From Candidatus Latescibacterota bacterium (GTDB lineage: Bacteria; Latescibacterota; UBA2968; UBA8231): a stretch of 64,000 nucleotides of DNA. A program made the position numbers and the translations under genes. Position 1 is the stretch's first letter; each line of letters starts with the position of its first letter. The notes beneath the pieces are model-generated. The model was given only the letters and a program-made list of their open reading frames with translations, had not been told where the DNA came from and did not search any database. This document shows, piece by piece, positions 38,447-47,166 of this stretch. Where the stretch lies: the NCBI GenBank assembly GCA_965261395.1, contig OZ253462.1:3072001-3136000 (forward strand), in the 5' to 3' direction.

Positions 38447-40088
38447 CGACTGCCTCCTCCAACTCGGGATGGGCAATCAGGTCCATGACAAGCCGATCCA
38501 GGCCTTCCATGGGGTCCGCGAGATGCTTCACGCACTGACCAAGCGCGATGATCGTTTGGTGCGCAGGAAGCCGCATGGCACGCAGTTCGGTGGCGCTCAC
38601 TTGGGTGTTGCCGTTGACCGCACGGAACCATGTATCGAGCAAGCGGCTGTTGTAGAGCGCCGCCAGACCCCATGCTTCGTCTTCGGCGAGCGTACCTCCA
38701 GGCCGGTGGATGTAGTTGAGATGATTTTCGAATCCGACCTCGGGGGTCGCGAAGTCCGTCGCAATGTAGGGAGCCGCAGTCAGCCGTCGCGCCTCTTCTT
38801 TGGCGCTAAAGCGGCGCATGAGTACGTAATTCCTGTTCGGCAGGAGAAGAGCCTCGGTGCCGGAACGCTCGATGTACTCCGGCTTATGTCCATTGAGCGG
38901 CCAAGTGGCCTGCATCGCGTGCACGTGGTTCATCCACAGGAGCGGGACATGGCTCTCCGGCACCTTGCCTTCCTTGCATATGAACTCCGTTGCACGGAAC
39001 GCGACCACGGGGCCAGTCGAGATATCTAGGCCGAAGCTGCGGAGGCTATCCGGCCATGAATCCACCAGAGCCAGCGCGTCGTCATCTTCTTCACAGATCG
39101 GCAATCGGAGAATCTTGTTTGTGGAATCGAGATCGAGAGCCGTGTTCAACGGAATCTCGCGACGGTTGGATTCACCGATATCACGGACCCCGCGGCTTGA
39201 TGAAATGACAAACGGCGCGTCGGTTTTACTCCGATGACGGAGATCTTGACGGGTGCCGAAAACAATGACGTTCTCCTGCAGCACCTCGTCTCGGCTGAAG
39301 GCGTCGCGTCGGGATCCGAACACATGGACTTCCGTTGGGCGGATCATGTTAAAGAAAACGTTCCTGAACTGCCGGAAGTAAGGGCCGGAGGTAAAACTTC
39401 GAGGTGTGATGAATACGAAGTCGCCATTTTCGCGCAGTAGTACGGCACTGACCGCCATGAAGAGCGCATAGATATTTGGCTGGCCGTGAACTACGGTAGA
39501 AGCAGCGCTCGCACGCGGGTCGGCCTTGCTGATCTTGAAGTAGGGAGGGTTGGCGATAACGATATCAAAGTCTTCGGCTACCGATCGATGGGGAAAGAGT
39601 TCGCCGAACGAACGTAATGTCTCGGCGTGCGCCATGATGAAGTCGGTCTCCTCGACCTGCACGGAGACCGTCACTCCATGGCCGCGACACCAATCGACAA
39701 GATAGTCGATAACGGCATGTAGCGGCGCGATCAGGTCCCCATCGACCTCATGGACGACCAGTTCGATGATATCCGGCTTTGAATCGCGGGAGACAAGCGC
39801 TTCTATGGCCGCACAGCATAGAATGCCTGCGCCTGCGGCGGGATCGAGAACCCGCAGCTTTGGCCCACTCACCTTGATCCGCCCGGCCATGAAATCCGCA
39901 GCGGCGACTAGCGTGAGATATAGACCGTGATTTTTGCGGTGTTCGTCGGATTTCCGTTCGACGTAACACGCCCCTACGCGATCTGCATAGACAACGGGTC
40001 GTTCCCCCTCTTGAGGGACAGGAAATACCGATGGCGCAGGTCGCGCATGGTAGATTGCGTCCTTTTTCACTGCTTGGCCTAGCCTCAT
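38433..40088 (-). CDS. N6-adenine DNA methyltransferase, BsuBI/PstI (Eco57I-like) family
   Basis: Motif I 'LDPAAGAG', motif IV 'NPPYFK', 'VLQEN', 'STGPVV.FR', 'ENHLN', 'NGNTQVSATELR'. Confidence 0.92.
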   Translation of the reverse strand: MRLGQAVKKDAIYHARPAPSVFPVPQEGERPVVYADRVGACYVERKSDEHRKNHGLYLTLVAAADFMAGRIKVSGPKLRVLDPAAGAGILCCAAIEALVSRDSKPDIIELVVHEVDGDLIAPLHAVIDYLVDWCRGHGVTVSVQVEETDFIMAHAETLRSFGELFPHRSVAEDFDIVIANPPYFKISKADPRASAASTVVHGQPNIYALFMAVSAVLLRENGDFVFITPRSFTSGPYFRQFRNVFFNMIRPTEVHVFGSRRDAFSRDEVLQENVIVFGTRQDLRHRSKTDAPFVISSSRGVRDIGESNRREIPLNTALDLDSTNKILRLPICEEDDDALALVDSWPDSLRSFGLDISTGPVVAFRATEFICKEGKVPESHVPLLWMNHVHAMQATWPLNGHKPEYIERSGTEALLLPNRNYVLMRRFSAKEEARRLTAAPYIATDFATPEVGFENHLNYIHRPGGTLAEDEAWGLAALYNSRLLDTWFRAVNGNTQVSATELRAMRLPAHQTIIALGQCVKHLADPMEGLDRLVMDLIAHPELEEAVVGQH

Positions 40089-40157
40089 AATAGGTTATGT
40101 TCAATAAACTGAGCTTACGATGAGGGATGCTCTACATCAAGGGGTTCACGCCTACTA

Positions 40158-40733
40158 CTATTTCCGCAGCGATTTCTTCAACAAGCTGCCCCAGATTCTG
40201 TCATAGGGATGGACGACCTTTACCCGCTCGTTTCCCCGGTAAACCGGTCGCCCCTCGTTTGCCCAGGCGAAGATGGATCCTTCCAGATTATAGACCTCTG
40301 TATATCCCTTCTTCATTAGAAACTGGGCAAGTTCTGACGAGCGGTACCCCACGGAACAGTACAAAACAATACGCTGGTCCGCTGGTACTCCTTGGAGCGC
40401 TTTTAGGGCCTCGTCTTTCGAGGGGGCTGGCCGGGCACCCTGCAGATGGCTAACGGCATATTCCTCGGGTTCTCGGACGTCGAACAGCAGGAGGTTTTCC
40501 CGCTGCGGAGATTCGTCGAGCCAGGATTGTAGCGTATCGGTCGAGACTCGGGCGACCGTTGGAAATCTGGCGCGGATCATCTTCAGCGTCATCGACCAGA
40601 ACATGGTGTTATCCTCGCTTTCTTTTGGTGCCTCGGCACCGGCCGGTGCGGATGCGGCGACGCCAATACATATCGCTAGTAGTAGGGCAAACATGAGACC
40701 TGTCTTAAATTGGTGGAGGTCGAGTCGGTGCAT
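40158..40733 (-). CDS. Secreted rhodanese-like domain protein
   Basis: Signal-like N-terminus; 'DVREPEEYAVSHL', 'YCSVGYRS', 'NLEGSIFAWANEG'. Confidence 0.88.
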   Translation of the reverse strand: MHRLDLHQFKTGLMFALLLAICIGVAASAPAGAEAPKESEDNTMFWSMTLKMIRARFPTVARVSTDTLQSWLDESPQRENLLLFDVREPEEYAVSHLQGARPAPSKDEALKALQGVPADQRIVLYCSVGYRSSELAQFLMKKGYTEVYNLEGSIFAWANEGRPVYRGNERVKVVHPYDRIWGSLLKKSLRK

Positions 40734-40786
40734 AAGGATGATCCAATCCGATGGATGAATACTATAGAAGAGGAGGAGCTGATCCG

Positions 40787-41644
40787 ATGCAAGACCTACG
40801 CATAGCCGCGGTGCAGATGAACTGCCGCGTCGCGGAACACGACCGCAATCTAGCCACTATCGAGCGCTTTGCCGAGGCGGCGGCGGCGCAAGATGTTGAT
40901 ATCGTCTGCTTTCCCGAGCTGTGCGTGTGTGGGTACAACGCCGGCGACACCTCGACACCGGAGCCCGAGCCGCTCGAAGGTGAATCGCTCCGCAGGCTCG
41001 AAGAGATCTCACGCAACTTCCAGATCACCCTGCTGGCCGGTATCCTTGAACGGGACGCCAGTGGCATCGTTTACAACACGCAGGTCGCCTGCGGCCCCGA
41101 GGGATACGTCGGCCGCTATCGCAAGACGCACGTCCCTGATTCCGAGATCGGCACTTGGCGCCACGGCGATGATCTGCCGGTGTTCGACCATGCAAAGGCC
41201 CGCTACGGTGTTGAGATCTGTTACGATTCTCACTTCCCGGAGTTGAGCACCCTGCTGGCGGAAAAGGGAGCCGAGGTGATCTTCCTGCCCCATGCCTCGC
41301 CGGGGGAGACCCCCGCAGACAAGCGGGCTCGCTGGATGCGCTACGTTCCCGCCCGCGCGTACGACAACAACGTGTACGTCGCTATTTGCAATAACGTCGG
41401 CGACAACGGGGCCGGCCGCACTTTTTCGGGAGTGACCTTCATCTGCGATCCCCTCGGTGCGGTCATTGCCGAGGGGCAGAGCGGCAGCGAAGAGGAGATG
41501 ATCGTCGCCGACTTGAGTGCGTCGATGATAGCGGAGAGTCGCAGGAAGACGCTGATGTTCTTCCGCCATTACCGACGGCCCGAGATGTACCGGCGCTGGG
41601 AGAATGAGATTAGGTCCGGTAGCGCGGACCAGGAGGGGAGCTGA
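40787..41644 (+). CDS. Nitrilase-family carbon-nitrogen hydrolase
   Basis: 'CFPEL', 'YRKTH', 'ICYDSHFPE', 'ARAYDN'. Confidence 0.9.
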   Translation: MQDLRIAAVQMNCRVAEHDRNLATIERFAEAAAAQDVDIVCFPELCVCGYNAGDTSTPEPEPLEGESLRRLEEISRNFQITLLAGILERDASGIVYNTQVACGPEGYVGRYRKTHVPDSEIGTWRHGDDLPVFDHAKARYGVEICYDSHFPELSTLLAEKGAEVIFLPHASPGETPADKRARWMRYVPARAYDNNVYVAICNNVGDNGAGRTFSGVTFICDPLGAVIAEGQSGSEEEMIVADLSASMIAESRRKTLMFFRHYRRPEMYRRWENEIRSGSADQEGS

Positions 41645-41648
41645 AACG

Positions 41649-42788
41649 ATGATCAAATCCGTCCTATTCCGTGAAGACAATGTGTACAAGGCCTTCCCCG
41701 ATCTCGTCGAATGCGGCGACGGCACTTGGGTATGCGTGTACCGGGAGAGTCTCGGGCACACCGCCCGCCCTTTCGGCCGCATCGCCTGCCACCTAAGCCG
41801 CGACGGCGGCCGCACTTGGAGCGAGAAGGCCATCGTCGACGAGGTGACCGACCCGGAGACCGAGGGCCGCCTGAACAACCCGCGTCTGCTCGCCCTCGAC
41901 GACTCCGAGTTGCTGATTATCTGCGACCTGCTGCCCCGCCTCGAGCCGGAGCACCATCCCGATTCGGAGATCCTCATCTACCGCTCGACCGACTCGGGGC
42001 GCACCTGGAGCGCGCGCGCCTCCACCGGGATTAGGGGCCACATCTGTCCGTGCATATTCCGCACCAAGGCCGGCGAGATTATCATCGGTGCCGACCGCGT
42101 TGGGCCGGGGGACGACCGCGACGTGGTCTGGCTCCACAACGCCTTCACCTCGACCGACGGTGGATGGACTTGGGGGCCGGCAATCCACGTCTGCTCCGAC
42201 CCGGAGCTGTGGCTCAACGAAGGGACCTATGTCGAACTGGACGACGGTACCCTAGTCTGCTACCTGCGCGAGGATTTGCAGCGCGCCATTGGGCACAAGG
42301 CGATTTCGCAGGACGGCGGCAAAACCTGGTCCGGCCCATACCCCACCTTCCTCACCTGCTGCGTCGGGAGGCCGCGGGCCGGTATCCTACAGAGTGGCGA
42401 GGTTGCGATCGTCCACGGCTTCCAGCGCTTGACGCCGCCGCGCAATCTCGTGCTCCACGTCGAGACCCAAGCGATTGCCGCGGACCCGGACTGCACCGCT
42501 AACTACGCCCGCCAAGCTGGCCACCGGTATTTCTTTATAGACCACGACCGCAGCATCCACTGCGACGGTGCCTACTCCGGCTGGGTGCAGAGGCCATCCG
42601 GGGACCTATTCGTGGTGCAGTACATCAACGACGACGGCCCCTATGCCCACATCCGCAGCTACGAGATTGGCCGCTCCGACTGGATCCTCTGTCCCGAGGG
42701 GGATCTGCTGCTGGAGCCGCCGCGTTGGCCTGGGTACGTCGACAGGGCCGCGGCGGCGAGTGGGGAGCTGTACGGAGCGGGGCGCTAG
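41649..42788 (+). CDS. Sialidase-like BNR/Asp-box repeat protein
   Basis: Asp-boxes SRDGGRTW, STDSGRTW, STDGGWTW, SQDGGKTW. Confidence 0.8.
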   Translation: MIKSVLFREDNVYKAFPDLVECGDGTWVCVYRESLGHTARPFGRIACHLSRDGGRTWSEKAIVDEVTDPETEGRLNNPRLLALDDSELLIICDLLPRLEPEHHPDSEILIYRSTDSGRTWSARASTGIRGHICPCIFRTKAGEIIIGADRVGPGDDRDVVWLHNAFTSTDGGWTWGPAIHVCSDPELWLNEGTYVELDDGTLVCYLREDLQRAIGHKAISQDGGKTWSGPYPTFLTCCVGRPRAGILQSGEVAIVHGFQRLTPPRNLVLHVETQAIAADPDCTANYARQAGHRYFFIDHDRSIHCDGAYSGWVQRPSGDLFVVQYINDDGPYAHIRSYEIGRSDWILCPEGDLLLEPPRWPGYVDRAAAASGELYGAGR

Positions 42789-42895
42789 CCGATCCCGAGT
42801 GCTGCAAGAACCGTTTCGCATGCAGGGGAAGCACTTGATCGCGTAACTTGTCTGTGATTAATTTTTGTGTAACTATATGTGTTGGAGGTAACACA

Positions 42896-43096
42896 ATGGC
42901 GACGAACTTGGCGATAGATCCAAAACTGCTCGACAAGGCGCTGGAAATCAGCGGCGAGAAGACCAAGAAGGCGACCGTCAACCGCGCCTTGCGGGAGTTC
43001 ATCGCACGGCGAGAGCAGGAACGGCTTTTGGATCTTTTTGGTAAACTCGACTGGGACGACGGCTTTGACTACAAACGCGAACGGTGCCGTGGGTGA
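42896..43096 (+). CDS. vapB: VapB family antitoxin
   Basis: 'MATNLAIDPKLL..A...G.KTKKATVN.AL.EFI.RR'; GGAGGT SD. Confidence 0.88.
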   Translation: MATNLAIDPKLLDKALEISGEKTKKATVNRALREFIARREQERLLDLFGKLDWDDGFDYKRERCRG

Positions 43097-43500
43097 CGTT
43101 GTTTGTGGACACGAGCGTTTGGTCGCTGGCCTTGCGGCGGGATGCGGCACCCGAAGGGCCCGAGGTGCAGCGCCTGCGGGAGGCGCTCAGTAGTGGCGAA
43201 TCGATTTACACGACCGGAATCGTTTTGCAGGAGTTGTTACAGGGCTTTCGGGGGCCGCGAGACAAGACGCGGATCGTCGAACGGTTTGAGGCGCTCGCCA
43301 TGATTATGCCCGTGCGTGACGACTACATTGACGCAGCCGCGTTGCGCAACGAGTGTCGCCGCCACGGCATTCAGACTGGAACCATCGACGCGCTGCTCGC
43401 CCAGATCTGCATTCGCCACAAACTGGTTATGTTGGCGACCGATCTCGATTTCAGCCACATGACAAAGTGGACGCCGCTTCAGCTTTGGTGCGCCCGATGA
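43093..43500 (+). CDS. vapC: VapC PIN-domain toxin
   Basis: 'FVDTSVWS', 'QELLQG', 'TIDALLA', 'TDLDF'; GTGA overlap with vapB. Confidence 0.9.
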   Translation: MTLFVDTSVWSLALRRDAAPEGPEVQRLREALSSGESIYTTGIVLQELLQGFRGPRDKTRIVERFEALAMIMPVRDDYIDAAALRNECRRHGIQTGTIDALLAQICIRHKLVMLATDLDFSHMTKWTPLQLWCAR

Positions 43501-43612
43501 TCTTCTATACGGAGAAGAGCACAAGTACCTGTCGTGGGAGATGGATGGCTTTTGTAGGATGGTGGTCAATCGACACCCCTTCACTGGCCAATAATTTTAA
43601 CAGGAGACGACC

Positions 43613-45172
43613 ATGGCTCGTTTACAAGACGTCAATACCACGGATGTGCGCAGCGCCATTGAATTGGGTTGCCGCACCATGTCGAGCGTCTTCAATGCCG
43701 ACGACAACGATATACCCTTTTTCGGCTCGTACGTGCGCCCCCAAGCCGAACTGCGCTTCAGCGCCGCGCATTCGGAGGCGCACGTGCCCGGTCGTCACCT
43801 CAACGCCTTGCTCAACGCCGAAGACGCGGCGGGCGTCGAAGTGGATGAAGCGGCGATTGAAAAACATGCGGCCGCCGCTTTCTATTCGTACAGCGGCCCC
43901 ATCTCCATGCCGCTCAACCGGGCCGAGTTGGGTGGGCCGCTGGTCAACTTCATCCCGCACAATATTCGCGAGGGCTTCCACGCGCTCTATCCGCTGGTGC
44001 AGTACCGCGACTCGGACCAGGCACGGCAGTTGGCTGAGGCCAGCATCGAGGCGTTTCGCCGCTACTGGTCCGCTGATGAAGGGTGGGACCGACCGGCGCT
44101 ACAGGGGCTGGGGCTGGAGGCTTGGGAGAGTTTGTTCATTCCAGGGGAAGCCCGGACTTTGGGGCCTTTGGTCAAGTACTATCGGGCCACTGGCTATGGG
44201 CCGGCGTTGGAGTTGGCCTTGGAATTGGCAGAGAAGATTACGGGTGAGTTCTTCACCGCGGACGGCGGCCACGACCGGGAACTGCTCGGCGACCACACGC
44301 ACTCGGTCACCTGCGTCATGTCGTCGTTGGCGCAATTGGCCGATCTGACGGGCGACGCAGCGCTCCTGCTGCGCGTCAAGGCTTTTTACGATAATGGCCT
44401 GTGGGCCATGCGCGACCCGTTGGGTTGGGTCGTCGAAAGCACGCATCCCGATGCACCGCCCGACCGCGGCGAGGTCAACAATACCGGCGATATCGTCGAG
44501 ACTGCGCTGATCCTGGGGCGTTGGGGCTGGAGCGAGTACTTCCAGGATGCCGAGCGCATTGTGCGCGGCCATATGCTGCCGTCGCAACTGCGCGACATTT
44601 CTTTTATTGACGAACCGCCCAACCCCGAGGGCGTGGATGGTCTGCGCGATGTGGCCCAACGGCACCGGGGGGCTTTCGGCTTTCCAGCGCCGTACGGCCA
44701 TCAACCTGTTGAAGCCGAGACTGTTGGCTTCAATATGGATATTGTCGGCGGAGCGGTGGCGTCTTTGTGCGAGGTGTACCGGGAGGTGGTGCACAGCGGC
44801 CCGGCGGGGCACCGGGTCAATTTGCTCTTTGATCACGAGACCGAGGCCGTGCGCGTCGAATCCCCCTATACCCATGACGTCTTGTGCGTCGAGGTTAAGC
44901 AGCCGGGGCCGTTGTGGGTGCGCCTGCCTAGTTGGGTAACACCGTCTGACTTAACGGTAGAGGGGGCCGCGCCGCCGCGTATAGATAGTGGGTTCCTTTT
45001 CTTTGCCCAACCGCCTTTGCACGCGCCGATTGAGATCCGCTTCGACCTAGCCGAAGAAGAGTTAGTCCTGCGGCATCGAACTCGTTCCATCTGCGCTCGG
45101 CTGCGTGGCGACGAGGTGGTGGCGATGGATGACTTCGGTGCTGACCTGACCTTTTTTTCGTCGTTTGATTAA
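43613..45172 (+). CDS. Hypothetical protein, possibly GH127-like (alpha/alpha)6 barrel; paralog of 47167-48753
   Basis: 'HVPGRHLNAL', 'HNIREG', 'HTHS', 'GEVNNTGD', C-terminal beta domain 'WVRLPSW'. Confidence 0.7.
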   Translation: MARLQDVNTTDVRSAIELGCRTMSSVFNADDNDIPFFGSYVRPQAELRFSAAHSEAHVPGRHLNALLNAEDAAGVEVDEAAIEKHAAAAFYSYSGPISMPLNRAELGGPLVNFIPHNIREGFHALYPLVQYRDSDQARQLAEASIEAFRRYWSADEGWDRPALQGLGLEAWESLFIPGEARTLGPLVKYYRATGYGPALELALELAEKITGEFFTADGGHDRELLGDHTHSVTCVMSSLAQLADLTGDAALLLRVKAFYDNGLWAMRDPLGWVVESTHPDAPPDRGEVNNTGDIVETALILGRWGWSEYFQDAERIVRGHMLPSQLRDISFIDEPPNPEGVDGLRDVAQRHRGAFGFPAPYGHQPVEAETVGFNMDIVGGAVASLCEVYREVVHSGPAGHRVNLLFDHETEAVRVESPYTHDVLCVEVKQPGPLWVRLPSWVTPSDLTVEGAAPPRIDSGFLFFAQPPLHAPIEIRFDLAEEELVLRHRTRSICARLRGDEVVAMDDFGADLTFFSSFD

Positions 45173-45184
45173 AAGCAATGTATC

Positions 45185-45212
45185 CGCAGATAAACGCAGA
45201 TAAACGCAGATA
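45185..45212 (+). repeat. Tandem 10-mer repeat (CGCAGATAAA) x2.8 in an intergenic region
   Basis: cgcagataaacgcagataaacgcagata. Confidence 0.85.
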
Positions 45213-45320
45213 CGGGATGTGGTGTGGGCAACTGCCCCTACATGGTTTGGTCCCCGTGGATTCGGGCGATATATTAGCGCCCCCTATCGCAGCAGCGCAA
45301 TCGCGCTAAGGAGGATGAAC

Positions 45321-46175
45321 ATGGCGAAAATCAAGCGGCCTAAAATCTATCATCTGTGCTCCCTCGGTACTCTGGGGGGATACGGCGGCAAGAAGGGCGA
45401 GTGGAGTACGGCCCAAAAGCTTAAAAAAATAAAAAACGCTGGTTTCGACGGCTTTGTGGGACGCACCTTTATGGTGACCCCGGACGAAGTGGCCGCCTCG
45501 GGTTTGGTTTTTGCCTGTACCACTGACTTGGGCGGCATCCGCGAGATCAAGCCCAAGTTGCGCGAAATTAAGGCGGCGGGAGCGCGCTGCGTCAACGTGC
45601 AAATGCTCAACCACGATACGCTTACCCCTCGGGCCGTGGAGGTCGCGCGGCACCTGATGGCCGCGGCCGAAGACTTGGAGATGGACGTAGCCGTGGAAGT
45701 CCACCGCGATACTTGCACGGAAACGCCGGAAAAAGCCTATGCCTTGGCCGCCGGTTACGAGAAGGCGGAGGAGAAGCCGCTGAAAATGACTTGGGACTTT
45801 TCCCATCCGGCGGTGATTAAGCATTTGTCGCCGCCCTATTGGGAGCGCCTAGCCGAGCGCGTCGATCTGATTCAGCTAGCGCAACAGTTCCACTTTAGGC
45901 CCTTTAACGGGCACCACGCCATGATTCCGGCCATTGACCACAAGGGCAAGATCATTCCCGAATTCGTCGATTGGCTGGAATTTGCCGAGCAGGTCATGGC
46001 CTGTTGGCTGGAAGCAGCCGAGCCGGGCCGGGAAATGTTCGCTTGCCCCGAGCAGATTGCCGGCGGCTATCATCTGTCGGTTTTTCCCGACCGCTGGAAG
46101 GACGTGCAGGTGGTGCGGCGCGAGTTGGATAGGGTGTGGAAGAGGCAATTGAAGAAGTGGAAGGCACCGGCTTAG
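45321..46175 (+). CDS. Xylose-isomerase-like TIM-barrel protein (sugar phosphate isomerase/epimerase)
   Basis: 'AGFDG', 'EVHRDT..ETPE', 'TWDFSH', 'FHFR', 'CPE'; AAGGAGG SD. Confidence 0.8.
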   Translation: MAKIKRPKIYHLCSLGTLGGYGGKKGEWSTAQKLKKIKNAGFDGFVGRTFMVTPDEVAASGLVFACTTDLGGIREIKPKLREIKAAGARCVNVQMLNHDTLTPRAVEVARHLMAAAEDLEMDVAVEVHRDTCTETPEKAYALAAGYEKAEEKPLKMTWDFSHPAVIKHLSPPYWERLAERVDLIQLAQQFHFRPFNGHHAMIPAIDHKGKIIPEFVDWLEFAEQVMACWLEAAEPGREMFACPEQIAGGYHLSVFPDRWKDVQVVRRELDRVWKRQLKKWKAPA

Positions 46176-46197
46176 CGCGAGAAGGGTACTTAACCCT

Positions 46198-47157
46198 GTG
46201 CAGATAAGCGTCGAGACGCCTCCTTTGGACTCCGGCCTGACCGAGGATTTGATCGATTTTTGGGACGGGATTTTCGGGGCCGCTTACCAGCCTGACCGCT
46301 CTGTGTACGCCGGTGATGAACGCCCCTTTAACCGCGATACGTTCTATCTCTTAGAGCAGGGGGGATGCACAGTCGGCAGCAGTCATTTAACCATGGCGGT
46401 GGGCAACCCAGAACTGGGTGGCTTGGGCGAGGTGGGGACCGCGCCCCAATGTCGCGGCAAGGGCATTGCCAGCCGCTTGTGCCGGGCGGCGCACGACGAT
46501 TTTTTGGCCGCGGGGGGACAGGCCCTGTTTCTGGGCACGGTCAACCCGGTTGCGGCCCGCATTTACCACCGCTTGGGTTGGTGCAAGCTGCCTGGTTCTA
46601 CTATCTGGGCTTTGATCGCCAGCGGGGAATCGCCCGAGTCTTTTCTGGTAGATTACTTTAGGGCTAGTGATGAGGTCGGGGTTGAGCCGGGGACGCCGGC
46701 CCAGCGCGTGCCTATGATCCCCTTGATTGCCACGCCGCACGACTGGCGGGTACTCGACGCTAATGTCGAATTGTACTCGACCCGCTACCTCGAACAGAAT
46801 TCCTGTATGGGGCTGTACCCGCGCTACGCCGAGCTGGTCGAACAAGGCACCGGTGCTTGGTTTGCCGCCCGCACCCGAGATGGGCGCTTGGTGGGTTTGG
46901 CCAGTGCGCGGCCCGACGGAGCGGGCGCTTGTCAGGTGGATGGTTTTGTCCACGGTCGCTACGCAGGGACTTGGGCCAATTTGATGCGGGCGGCCATGGA
47001 CTGGGCCGGAGGGCGCTGCTGGGTGCGGCTCTGCGTCGAGGACGAGGAAAAAGGCGCTTGGTTGAAGGACTTGGGTTTTGTGGACGGAGGGCCGGGCGAG
47101 CCGTTTGTCATGGGGGATCGGACCGTTGAGGCCGTGCGCTTGGTCGCCGGTGTTTGA
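46198..47157 (+). CDS. GNAT family N-acetyltransferase (tandem-domain)
   Basis: 'LGEVGT.PQCRGKGIA..L', 'NPVAARIYHRLGW'. Confidence 0.82.
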   Translation: MQISVETPPLDSGLTEDLIDFWDGIFGAAYQPDRSVYAGDERPFNRDTFYLLEQGGCTVGSSHLTMAVGNPELGGLGEVGTAPQCRGKGIASRLCRAAHDDFLAAGGQALFLGTVNPVAARIYHRLGWCKLPGSTIWALIASGESPESFLVDYFRASDEVGVEPGTPAQRVPMIPLIATPHDWRVLDANVELYSTRYLEQNSCMGLYPRYAELVEQGTGAWFAARTRDGRLVGLASARPDGAGACQVDGFVHGRYAGTWANLMRAAMDWAGGRCWVRLCVEDEEKGAWLKDLGFVDGGPGEPFVMGDRTVEAVRLVAGV

Positions 47158-47166
47158 GGAAAGGCC

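Noticed and set aside
37921-38673. 250-aa ORF as an intact restriction endonuclease
   Set aside because: The N-terminal ~80 aa is an alternate frame of the MTase and the catalytic C-terminus is missing.
45185-45212. CRISPR array
   Set aside because: 10-bp tandem units with no spacers and no cas genes.
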